From an uncultured Gemmatimonadales bacterium (lineage in GTDB: Bacteria > Gemmatimonadota > Gemmatimonadetes > Gemmatimonadales > GWC2-71-9): a DNA stretch of 64,000 bases. A program made the translations under genes and the position numbers. The notes beneath the pieces were generated by a model. That model was not told the origin of the DNA and made no database searches. It saw only the letters and a program-made list of their open reading frames with translations. The stretch is from positions 1,760,001-1,824,000 of the forward strand of contig CAVUAK010000001.1 in assembly GCA_963739455.1 (NCBI GenBank). Direction: 5' to 3'. This document shows, in pieces, positions 23,043 to 31,955 of this stretch; position 1 is the first letter of the stretch, and every line of letters starts with the position of its first letter.

Positions 23043-24262
23043 CTAGGTGATGGTCCGCGCCACCGCTACGGGGCGACCGCCGGTACTGGCTCGGCGAGGA
23101 GGCAGGTCCACCTCGCGAGTGAACTCCGCCACCAGCGCCTCATGCTGGGCGCCGGTGGCGGGGCCGTAGAACCCCGCATGCACCTGGCGCACACGGCCGT
23201 CCCGGCCGATGAAGATGGTCGTGGGGAACGCGGTGAAGCCCTCCAGTTGCGGCAGCGTGGCCGCCGCGGCATCGACGTCGTTGGTTCCCGCCAGCAGGAG
23301 TGGGAAGGGAATGTCGAACTTGTCGCGATAGCGACGGACCAGCGCGCCGTCGACCGCGGTGTCGCCGGACACTTCGTAGGCCAGTCCCACCATCTCGAGC
23401 CCAAGCGCGTGACGGGAGCGGTAGAGGTCCACCAGCGCCGGCGCTGCCTCGTGACAGGTGGGGCACCAGGTCCCGAACGCATCGACCACGAGCACCTTGC
23501 CCGCGGAACTGCGGATCGTCGCTCTGCACCAGCGTTGCCGTTCACGTCGCGAAAGGCGAAGCGGAACGGCGTGGTCGTATCCGCTCGTGTCACCTCGGTT
23601 GGCAGCTTGAGCGGCGATGGCCCCTGCGCGCGCACCGCAACGAATGGAGTCTGCGCCTTCAACCCCGCGTGAAAGGTGCCGCGCAGCGTATCACCAACCA
23701 GTCGACCCGCGAGCAGGTAGACGAACGACCCGTCGAACCGCGACAGCGCGAAGCTGTCGCGCGTCGCTTCGCCGGAAAAGTGGCTGTAGTCTCCCGAGTT
23801 CCCGATGATCGTCCCTTCCAGGCCGGCGGGGCCATTGCGGAACTCGAAGATCCGCGGAGTGTCCCCCACGGTCCCGCGGAACCACGCGTACCAGCGACCG
23901 GCGAGCCACGCGGGCGCGGCGGACACCTTCCATTGTCCACGTGAGGCACGGAACGGAATGACGCGCGGCCCGCGATTGCCGACGTTCCGGTAGCAGCCTA
24001 CCAGCGAATCGCCGCGCAGCACTGCTGTGATGCCTGCGGCGTAGTCCGCGAGCTCGAAATGGACCGAGTCACCCAGGACGCGGACCGACGAGAACGCGTC
24101 GCACTGCTGCCCGTTGCAGAGCCGCCCCGAGAGTCCCGCGCCTTCCGCCGTGACCTCGATCCGGAACTTGAGCGTGCCGCCCACGAGGTCGAGTGTCGCG
24201 CGCCATGGGCCGGCGAGCGACGGGGCAAGAACGCCTGCCATGGCGATGAGCGGCAGGAGCAT
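23043..24262 (-). CDS. Exported TlpA-family thiol:disulfide oxidoreductase with long N-terminal beta-rich domain (frameshift near 23520)
   Basis: Signal peptide; FGTWCPTCHE CxxC, FPTTIFIGRDG. Confidence 0.85.
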
Positions 24263-25077
24263 TACGGCTCCGACCCCTGATAGCGCTCTCCCGCTTCGAT
24301 CTTGCCCGTGATCGTATTCCCGGGCCACGGCGCCGGACACGGGTACACTGAGCTGTACGCACAGAATGGATTGCGGGCGCGATTGAAGTCGAGCCGGTAT
24401 CGGCCCCCGGCAATGGGATCGAGACTCACGAACCGGCCGGCGGGATATGAACCCTGCCCGCTCGTGCCGTCGCGAAAGTAGATCTCGAGTTCGCTCTCGT
24501 CTTCACTGGCCCCGGGAAACCGTCGAACCCGGAGCGACACCGTCTTGCCGTCGCGCACGACGATGACCATCCCCGCATCATCCGCGAGTGCTTCGATCCC
24601 GTCCGGCCCCAGGAACAGCGCCGACTGGCGTTGCGCCGGTGGCGTGAGCGTCACCGTGTCGATGGCGGCGCGCGCGTACGGGAAATACGCCGGCGCGCGC
24701 GCATCGTGAGGAGTACCGAACACCAGGAGGGTCGCCCGCTCGATCGGGCCGGTGGCCATCAGCCGATAGTTGCCGAGGGGCACGGTTCGATTGCGAGGAA
24801 GGGTCCGGGCGGTGCCGGCGGAATCAAGGGTGATGCGGCCGCCCGAGGCAGCGACTCCGACTGCGCCGACACCCGTCAAGGGGATATCGCTTCCTGGAGG
24901 CCCGAGGGTGATTCCAGGACCGATGCGCTGCAGCGCGACCGCGGCAAACGGGGAGGTCGGCCCGCTCGCCAGCCAGGCGGCGAAGTCCGCCCGCTCACGC
25001 GCAAGCTCCGCCGGAACCTGTGCCGCTACCTGCGGTGCCCACAGCCCAATCGCGAGCAGGAAGGAGCGGCTACGCAC
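24262..25077 (-). CDS. DUF1684 domain protein, exported
   Basis: FRDGTSGQGSYPAGRF, LDFNRARNPFCAYSSVYPCP...AGE. Confidence 0.88.
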   Translation of the reverse strand: MRSRSFLLAIGLWAPQVAAQVPAELARERADFAAWLASGPTSPFAAVALQRIGPGITLGPPGSDIPLTGVGAVGVAASGGRITLDSAGTARTLPRNRTVPLGNYRLMATGPIERATLLVFGTPHDARAPAYFPYARAAIDTVTLTPPAQRQSALFLGPDGIEALADDAGMVIVVRDGKTVSLRVRRFPGASEDESELEIYFRDGTSGQGSYPAGRFVSLDPIAGGRYRLDFNRARNPFCAYSSVYPCPAPWPGNTITGKIEAGERYQGSEP

Positions 25078-25858
25078 CGGACAGCTTGGCGACCAGGTAG
25101 ATCGCCGACGTCGGTTGCGGCGACCCACCGAGCGGTTCCTCGGTCACGGCGGCAGCGGTTACTGCGGCACCAGAGGGCACCTGGATCGCCTCGACCTGCG
25201 CGCGGCCGTCTGCTTCCGGCCGGAAGGTGATCGAGGGGACCGGCTTCCCGTCCTGGATGAACCAGAGCTGATACGCGCGGTCCGCCGGCAGGGCCTTCAC
25301 ACCGAAGGAATGGATGATCGCGGTGTTGCGCTTCCGGTCCCAGAACAGCTGCACGCCAGGCGCCGGGTCGCCCGTTGCGGTGAGCTGGTACAGCTCTATC
25401 CCGGGTGCGAGGAGGGCCTTCAGCGTACGGTCCCGGTTCGCGATGAGTGTGTCACGACTTGCGAGCGCCGTGTCCCGCTGGGCCAGCATCGCATCCAGCT
25501 GGTCGAGCTTGGCGCCAAGCCGCGCGCGACCCGCTCCCATCCATGCGGCCACGAGCAGCGACGCAGCCAGCGCCCACGGCATCCAGGCCGGGCCAGCCCT
25601 CCGGAGCGGCGTGACGCCGGCTTGGCGCCGTGGCGCACCCGCCACGACCCGGGCGCGAAGTGCGTCGGTTGGTGCCGCGGCCGCCGGCTGGCCAAGCGCC
25701 AGCAGGGCGGCGACCTCGCGATACTCCGCGACCTCGCGCGCCAACCCGGCGTCCCTCGCGAGCAATGCCTCGAACGCCTTCGTCTCCGCGTCATCGAGCG
25801 CGCCAAGCGCGTAGGCCGCGGCCAGGTCCTGGGGCGTGCCGAACTCGGCGCCGCTCAT
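25070..25858 (-). CDS. Anti-sigma factor, RskA family
   Basis: LAAAYALGALD, TM WALAASLLVA, coiled coil, YQLWFI...AVTEEPLGGSPQPT. Confidence 0.9.
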   Translation of the reverse strand: MSGAEFGTPQDLAAAYALGALDDAETKAFEALLARDAGLAREVAEYREVAALLALGQPAAAAPTDALRARVVAGAPRRQAGVTPLRRAGPAWMPWALAASLLVAAWMGAGRARLGAKLDQLDAMLAQRDTALASRDTLIANRDRTLKALLAPGIELYQLTATGDPAPGVQLFWDRKRNTAIIHSFGVKALPADRAYQLWFIQDGKPVPSITFRPEADGRAQVEAIQVPSGAAVTAAAVTEEPLGGSPQPTSAIYLVAKLSGA

Positions 25859-26451
25859 GCGAACCTCTCGTAGAAGTACGGCTTGAGGGACTCGCGCAAT
25901 TTCATCATGCCGAGTCGCACGCGGGTCTTCACCGTGCCCAGCGGCTCGTTCAGCCGCTCGGCGATCTCACTGTGTGACAATCCCTCGAAAAAGGCGAGCT
26001 CGATCGCCGCGCGCTGCGGAGGTGAGAGGTCCGCCAGCGCCTCAGCCACGCGGCGCTCCCGCTCCCCGGCCTCGACCGCGGCATCGGGCCCCGCCATCGG
26101 CGCGCTCATGCCCAGCGTGCGCTCGGGATCGCTCCGTTGCGCCGTGTCGGTAATGCGCTCCCGCCGCGCGCGCGCGCGCACGAAGTCGAGTGCGCGGCTC
26201 CGCGTCATCACGGTGAGCCACGCGGCCACGCTGCCTCGGCCCGACTCGAACCGGCCCGCGTCTCGCCACGCCTGAGAGAACGCCTCGGCCACGACCTCCT
26301 CCGCATCGCCTTGCTGCCGCACGATGCGATATGCCACCGCGTACATCATCTGGCCATAGCGGTCATAGACGGTGCCCACGGCGCGCTCATCACCGAGCGC
26401 AGCCCGCGCGAGCAGTTCGGCGTCGGTCACGCCTCCGGCTCCTCCGCTCAT
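25855..26451 (-). CDS. ECF RNA polymerase sigma factor, SigK-like
   Basis: DAEEVVAEAF, GSVAAWL...RSRALD, LAFFEGLSHSEIAERLNEPLGTVKTRVRLG. Confidence 0.92.
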   Translation of the reverse strand: MSGGAGGVTDAELLARAALGDERAVGTVYDRYGQMMYAVAYRIVRQQGDAEEVVAEAFSQAWRDAGRFESGRGSVAAWLTVMTRSRALDFVRARARRERITDTAQRSDPERTLGMSAPMAGPDAAVEAGERERRVAEALADLSPPQRAAIELAFFEGLSHSEIAERLNEPLGTVKTRVRLGMMKLRESLKPYFYERFA

Positions 26452-26536
26452 GCCGAGCGGGGAAACGGGACAGGGAGCACCAGCGTGTCGATCATTGAAG
26501 TGGAGTCTACCACACGCGGGTGCGGGGTCCAACACG

Positions 26537-26971
26537 CTATTTCAGTTCCTTCGGCGGGTCACCATTGGAGAAAACCATCGTGGTGGCATGCTCGTCGATC
26601 ATGGCGCGCAGGAGATTCACCTGGTCGTGGTATCGCTCCCAGAGCATCGCCAGTTGCACGTGTGCGCCGACGAGTCCGCCCCGCACCGTTCCGCGAAACG
26701 TCACCTGCGTGAGATCGCCGTCCTGCACGATGGTGACCACCTCGAGGGGGATCACCTGGAGGTCTCGGCCAGTGATGGAGACGTGATGTCGCACGTAGGC
26801 GGCGATAGCGCTGTCGCCGCCCGGTGCCACCGCAGCCAGGTCATCGCTGAAGATTCGAACAGCGATCCGTACGACGCCAGCGCCCAGATCCGTTAGTGAA
26901 GCGGAACTGGAGTGAAGCGGATGCGCTCGGCTGGGAGGACCCAGCAGGAGCATCAGGAGCCCGAACAGCAT
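26537..26971 (-). CDS. DUF6702-like exported protein
   Basis: Signal peptide then HPLHSS, VRIFSDDL, DQVNL. Confidence 0.72.
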   Translation of the reverse strand: MLFGLLMLLLGPPSRAHPLHSSSASLTDLGAGVVRIAVRIFSDDLAAVAPGGDSAIAAYVRHHVSITGRDLQVIPLEVVTIVQDGDLTQVTFRGTVRGGLVGAHVQLAMLWERYHDQVNLLRAMIDEHATTMVFSNGDPPKELK

Positions 26972-28158
26972 CAGTGCGTGGCCCGGATGGCCGCGGCGTG
27001 CGCCAGCACGAGCGGATCGCGGATCCCGGTGGCAAGTGCGTGCGGCATCGCCAATCGCGCACCGGCCTCGTCGCCAGTGCGGTGCAGCGCCCAGGCATAC
27101 AGGTCCCAGGCGTAGACATCCTGGCGGTCCTCGAGGTCAATGCGTGCCTGCGTCAGCACCGCGCCGACTTCACGGCCTTCGTCGAGAAGCGCCAGGCTCC
27201 ATGCCCTGTGCCAGGCGCCTGGCTGCGCCTTGATCGCCGCCACCATGGCGTTGATGGCCTCGTTCGCCGCGGTGCTGTCGCCGCGTCCCCGCTCCGCTTG
27301 CGCCAGGAGCGCAAGTGCCGCGGGGTCGAAGTGTGCGTCGAGCGACCGACCGGCGTGGTCGGCGGCGTCGTCCCACCTCCCTCGAGAGACGGACGCCCTC
27401 GCGGCTACGGCATGCAGGCGATAGTCGTCCGGGGCAATGGCGAACCCCCGCTCGAGCGCGGTGCCGCCTTCCCCGGTGCGGCCATAGCGCAGTGCGAACT
27501 CCGCTACCCGCAACTCAAACCATGCGCGCTGTTCGCGTGACAACCCGAACGTCGTCGCAGCGCGATCGCGCGCGTCCAGCAGCAGCTGACGAGCGCCGTC
27601 GAGGTCCCCGTTCACCTCTCGCCAGCGCGCGAGCCGCATCTGGGCGGCAAGATTGGTTGTCGTCCCGATCTGCCTGAAGCGCTGTCCTGCTTCCGGGTAC
27701 CGGCCCAGTTCCAGCAGGATCTCGCCGACCAGGCTCTTGATGGTGAGATCGGTGGAGTCCTCCGCCTCCAGTCGCCCTGCTTCCTCCAATGCCTCACGAA
27801 AGCGGTGCTGTCCCATGAGCGCGTTGGTCAGTACGAGCGCTCCGCCGCGGTTCCGGCCCCGGCGCATGCCGAGCGATGCCCGTGCCTGCTGCTCGGCAGC
27901 CACCAGGTCCTCGAAGCGTCCCGTGGCGCGGGCACGCGCCAGCAGCAGGTTCGCGAGACGGGCGCGATCCCCCGCGCCGTACGGGTCCCCCTCCGTTCGC
28001 CGGGTGAAGAAGGCAATGTCGGCGCTGCGCACGTCCGCCTCCCGCGCCGACTCGGCGTTTGCTTCGGCGCGCGCCCGGTCCACGGCGCGGCGCTCGGTGG
28101 ACCAGCCACCGAGCGCCAGCACGCTGAGCACGAGCACGCCAACCGCAATGCGGCTCAA
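26971..28158 (-). CDS. Tetratricopeptide-repeat protein, N-terminally anchored
   Basis: ARARATG, HRFREAL, LLELGRYPEA, DLYAWALHRTG helical repeats. Confidence 0.82.
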   Translation of the reverse strand: MSRIAVGVLVLSVLALGGWSTERRAVDRARAEANAESAREADVRSADIAFFTRRTEGDPYGAGDRARLANLLLARARATGRFEDLVAAEQQARASLGMRRGRNRGGALVLTNALMGQHRFREALEEAGRLEAEDSTDLTIKSLVGEILLELGRYPEAGQRFRQIGTTTNLAAQMRLARWREVNGDLDGARQLLLDARDRAATTFGLSREQRAWFELRVAEFALRYGRTGEGGTALERGFAIAPDDYRLHAVAARASVSRGRWDDAADHAGRSLDAHFDPAALALLAQAERGRGDSTAANEAINAMVAAIKAQPGAWHRAWSLALLDEGREVGAVLTQARIDLEDRQDVYAWDLYAWALHRTGDEAGARLAMPHALATGIRDPLVLAHAAAIRATH

Positions 28159-28724
28159 TTCGGCGTTCCCAGATAGGGGAACGTGCTGAGGAACTGCGAA
28201 TCGTTCGCCACGTTGTCCGTGGTGAGCGCTTCCTTGCCTGCGGCTCCCGCCGGGTCCGCGCCGAACGGGTCACCGAACACCGCCAGCAGGGCGAGGTCGG
28301 TCACGTCGTCGGTCAGCTTCCGCCCGCCCCAGCCGTTGGAGAACGGTGCGAGTGGCAGCCAGGTCAGCCAGCCGGCGGTGGCGGGGTCCTTGTCGGTCTG
28401 CACGATCAGCACGTCGGGCAGCAACGCGCCCGCGAGCACGCTGATGTACGCGGGGTCGCGGCCCGCTACCGTGGCGATGAAGTTGGCGATTTCCGGTCCG
28501 ATCGTGGCCGGGTCATCCTTGGGTGCGATGCTGCCGTGCACCGGGTGACTCCGCTTCGACAGCAATACTTCGCTGATGAGCGGATTGCCCAGCCGCTGGA
28601 TCTGGTTGTACATGCGGGTCGTGGTGGGCGCGGTGCCATTGTCGTCGCTGCACGCGGACAGCGTTGCCGCCGCCGTCAGCGCCAGGATGGCAAGCCGCGG
28701 GGCGAGGTGGAATCGTGAACGCAT
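28155..28724 (-). CDS. DUF4331 family lipoprotein (C-terminal-half type)
   Basis: Lipobox LSAC; QIQRLGNPLISE, LLPDVL, GGRKLTDDVTD, FPYLGTP. Confidence 0.82.
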   Translation of the reverse strand: MRSRFHLAPRLAILALTAAATLSACSDDNGTAPTTTRMYNQIQRLGNPLISEVLLSKRSHPVHGSIAPKDDPATIGPEIANFIATVAGRDPAYISVLAGALLPDVLIVQTDKDPATAGWLTWLPLAPFSNGWGGRKLTDDVTDLALLAVFGDPFGADPAGAAGKEALTTDNVANDSQFLSTFPYLGTPN

Positions 28725-28750
28725 GATGTGAGTTCGCTCCAAGGTGATGG

Positions 28751-29488
28751 TCACCGGCTGATGGTGCCCCAGATGCCGAGCTTGCCGGGCTGGCCATTCT
28801 CGATGAGGCTCGAGGGAAGTTCCACGACGATCGCAAGCACGTTGAAGCCGTTCACGTAGTTGACGGCCTGTCCGGCCGGGCGGAAGTAGAAGGGCGGTGA
28901 CGGGTTGGCCGGCAGCGCGCAGGGCGCGGATAGCGCGCCCCCCGACGGCCTGCGATCGGGCAGGATGCAGAATGCCGCTTCGAGGTCAATGAAGAACGAG
29001 TCATCACGCGGGCCGGCGAAGACCTGCGTGCTGCTGGTGCTACCGAGCGTGGTGTTGATCGTGCCGGTCACTGTGGGAGACGAGGTTGCCACCTCGTTCA
29101 TCATCGCGCCGACGACCGGGGGATCCACTGGTCCCCGGACCTCGACCTTCTGTGCTGCGCCGGAACCGCTGAACGACACCTGCACCACCTTGTCCTCGAT
29201 TGCGTCGCCATTGTTGTCGATCTTGAACTGGTAGAGAAGGTTCGGGTCGAAGCTCGCCCCCGGCGTCTCGGCCGGTGTCAGGAAGGCGCGGGTATTCATC
29301 ACGAGCACTATTCGCCCGGGCTGCGAGCCGGGAAAGACGTAGACATCGGTGAGGTCCTGCTTGGGATTGAGTTCCACTTCGGCGGTGTCCTGATGATCGG
29401 ACGCGACCGCGAGTCCTGCAACGCCGCTGGCGACGAGGAGGGCGATGCCGGCGAGCCATCGCCGGTGGTGCAACGGGCCTGGTGACAT
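28751..29488 (-). CDS. DUF4331 family exported protein (N-terminal-half type)
   Basis: AVA-SDHQD, DLTDVYVF, YQFKIDNNGD, FAGPRDDSFFID, NVLAIVVELP. Confidence 0.85.
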   Translation of the reverse strand: MSPGPLHHRRWLAGIALLVASGVAGLAVASDHQDTAEVELNPKQDLTDVYVFPGSQPGRIVLVMNTRAFLTPAETPGASFDPNLLYQFKIDNNGDAIEDKVVQVSFSGSGAAQKVEVRGPVDPPVVGAMMNEVATSSPTVTGTINTTLGSTSSTQVFAGPRDDSFFIDLEAAFCILPDRRPSGGALSAPCALPANPSPPFYFRPAGQAVNYVNGFNVLAIVVELPSSLIENGQPGKLGIWGTISR

Positions 29489-29536
29489 GGGACGTCCTGT
29501 TCCGTGGATGGGCGGAGTCGTGCGCGAACGCCCTTC

Positions 29537-29604
29537 TACGCCGGACCAGTCGAAACTGGATGTACCAGCTGGGCCGAACCATCCAAACAGGATGCTGCGA
29601 CGTA
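29537..29604. promoter_or_regulatory. Back-to-back ECF-type promoter motifs
   Basis: Minus CATCC(29562-29558)-17-CGTA(29540-29537); plus CATCC(29580-29584)-16-CGTA(29601-29604). Confidence 0.65.
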
Positions 29605-29675
29605 GATCCTGTGTTGTTTGCGGAAAACCGCAGGCGCGCGGTACGTTATCTCCACCAACATCATGAGGCCCCCTG

Positions 29676-31955
29676 ATGTTTTCAGTTCGGATGGCAGCTT
29701 CGCTGGCCGTAGGCGCGTTTTGCGCGCTGGTTTCGCTTCCACTGGCGGCACAGTCGACGCGCGAGGTGCGCGGCACCGTGCTCGGCACCGGCGACGGTGC
29801 GCCGCTCCACGGTGCGTCGGTTCATCGCGTTGCCTCGACGACCCCCGCCGTTATCGCCAACGATCATGGGCGATTTGCCATCACGGTTCCTGCCACCGAG
29901 GTACAACTGGTGGCTGTGCGCCTGGGCTTTGCCCCCGACACGATGCTTGTTCCGGCCGATCGCAACGAAGTCACTTTCAATCTCCACGAAGCGACCCTCG
30001 AGCTCGATCCGCTCGTCGTCGCCGCCGAGCCGGCATACTCCGCCGCTTCGTCCACTACCATCCGCGAACTTGACCTTGCGCTGAGACCGGTTGCCTCGGC
30101 GCAGCAACTGTTGCCGCTCGTGCCGGGATTGTTCATTGCGCAGCACGCCGGCGGTGGCAAGGCGGAGCAGATCTTCCTCCGCGGCTTCGACGCCGACCAT
30201 GGCACCGATGTCGCCATCAACGTGGATGGCACGCCGGTCAACATGGTATCCCACGCGCATGGCCAGGGGTACGCCGACCTGCACTACCTCATTCCGGAGG
30301 TAGTCGAGCAGATGAATGTGCGGAAAGGGCCGTACGCTGCGCAGGATGGCGACCTCGCCACGGCGGGGGCCATCGAGTTTCGCACCAAGGACCGCCTGCT
30401 TGGGAAGGCGGAAGTGCGCGGAGGAAGTTTTGAAACGGGCCGTGCTCTCGCGCTGATTCCGTTTGGTGGCGACGCCACGAAGTTCGGTGGCTACGCGGCT
30501 GGTGCCTATAGCCAGACCAACGGGCCGTTCATCGCGCCGCAGAACTTCAAGGCGGGGAATGGCATGATCCGCATGACTGCGCCGCTGGGCCGCAACACGC
30601 GGCTGACATTCACCGGATCCGGGTACGGCGCGTCATGGGAGGCCTCGGGGCAGATCCCTTCGCGCGCGGTGAACGACGGCAGCATTCCCCGCTTCGGGGC
30701 GGTCGACGCGACGGAGGGAGGAAACACCCATCGGTATGAGGCGAGTGTGGCGATCGGCGGCGAGGGATCAGGCGGATCGCAATGGAGCGCGCGCGTCTTC
30801 GGGGTGAACTACTACCTCAACCTCTTCTCGAATTTCACGTTCTTCCTGGTCGACTCAACCAACGGCGACGGCATCGAGCAGCGCGATGACCGCATGCTCT
30901 ACGGCGCGCTGGGCTCTTACGAGCGCCCCACGCGGTACGGGTCAGTCCGCGGCAACCTGGCGCTCGGCGTCACGCTGCGCATGGACAACGCGGAGGTGGC
31001 CCTGTTCGACCAGGTTGCCCGCGCCCGACTCGACACCCGGATCGCCAACAACATCAACCAGCAGAACGGTGCCGTGTGGGCCCGGCAGAACCTTGCCTTC
31101 GGCCAGCGCACCACGCTCCAACTCGGCCTCCGCGGTGACCTTTTTCACTTCGATGTAAGTCCCGACAACTCCTTCCCGCCGGGCGCCGAGCCACCGGCCA
31201 GCGGCACCTCCACGCTTGGCCGCATCAGTCCCAAGGCCAACCTGACCTACGAGGCGGCGCGCTACACCACGCTCTACGCGAACTTTGGCATGGGTTTTCA
31301 CTCAAATGACGCGCGGGATGTGGTCACGGCGTCCAACGAGGCCGCGTTGCTCCCGAGAGCCACCGGCACCGAACTCGGCGTGCGTCAGTCGTGGAAGGGT
31401 GGGAGCGTCGCGGTCGCGGGGTGGGCGCTCTGGATCGAGAGCGAGTTGGCCTTTGTGGGCGACGAGGGTGTCACCGAGCTCATCGGGCCAAGCCGGCGCA
31501 TCGGTCTCGATATCGAAGCCCGCCAGCAGATCCTGCCGTGGCTCTGGGCCGACCTGGACCTGAATTTTGCCCACGGCGTACTGACGGACGAGCCGGAGGG
31601 TGCGAATGAAATCCCGCTGGCCCCGAGGTTCACCTACGTAGCCGGAATCAGTATCCGCAACCTCGGGCCGGTGAGCGGAGGAGTACGCGTCAAGCACATG
31701 GGCAGTCGCCCTGCCATCGAGGACGCCAGCGTCACCGCCCTGGGCTTCACGGTAACGCAACTGTTCGCGACCGTCGATATTGGCCACGCACAGGTGTTTG
31801 CGAACGTGGACAACCTGTTCAACGTGGAGTGGAACGAGGCGCAGTTCGCGACGACGTCGCGTCTGCAAGGGGAGCCGAACGGGGGAATCACCGACCTGAA
31901 CTTTACGCCCGGTTCCCCGATCGCCGTGGTCGCCGGTTTCCGCTGGATCTTCTAG
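29676..31955 (+). CDS. TonB-dependent receptor with N-terminal carboxypeptidase-regulatory-like domain
   Basis: QHAGGGKAEQIFLRGFDADHGTD, VSHAHGQGYAD plug; NLFN; terminal Phe. Confidence 0.92.
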   Translation: MFSVRMAASLAVGAFCALVSLPLAAQSTREVRGTVLGTGDGAPLHGASVHRVASTTPAVIANDHGRFAITVPATEVQLVAVRLGFAPDTMLVPADRNEVTFNLHEATLELDPLVVAAEPAYSAASSTTIRELDLALRPVASAQQLLPLVPGLFIAQHAGGGKAEQIFLRGFDADHGTDVAINVDGTPVNMVSHAHGQGYADLHYLIPEVVEQMNVRKGPYAAQDGDLATAGAIEFRTKDRLLGKAEVRGGSFETGRALALIPFGGDATKFGGYAAGAYSQTNGPFIAPQNFKAGNGMIRMTAPLGRNTRLTFTGSGYGASWEASGQIPSRAVNDGSIPRFGAVDATEGGNTHRYEASVAIGGEGSGGSQWSARVFGVNYYLNLFSNFTFFLVDSTNGDGIEQRDDRMLYGALGSYERPTRYGSVRGNLALGVTLRMDNAEVALFDQVARARLDTRIANNINQQNGAVWARQNLAFGQRTTLQLGLRGDLFHFDVSPDNSFPPGAEPPASGTSTLGRISPKANLTYEAARYTTLYANFGMGFHSNDARDVVTASNEAALLPRATGTELGVRQSWKGGSVAVAGWALWIESELAFVGDEGVTELIGPSRRIGLDIEARQQILPWLWADLDLNFAHGVLTDEPEGANEIPLAPRFTYVAGISIRNLGPVSGGVRVKHMGSRPAIEDASVTALGFTVTQLFATVDIGHAQVFANVDNLFNVEWNEAQFATTSRLQGEPNGGITDLNFTPGSPIAVVAGFRWIF

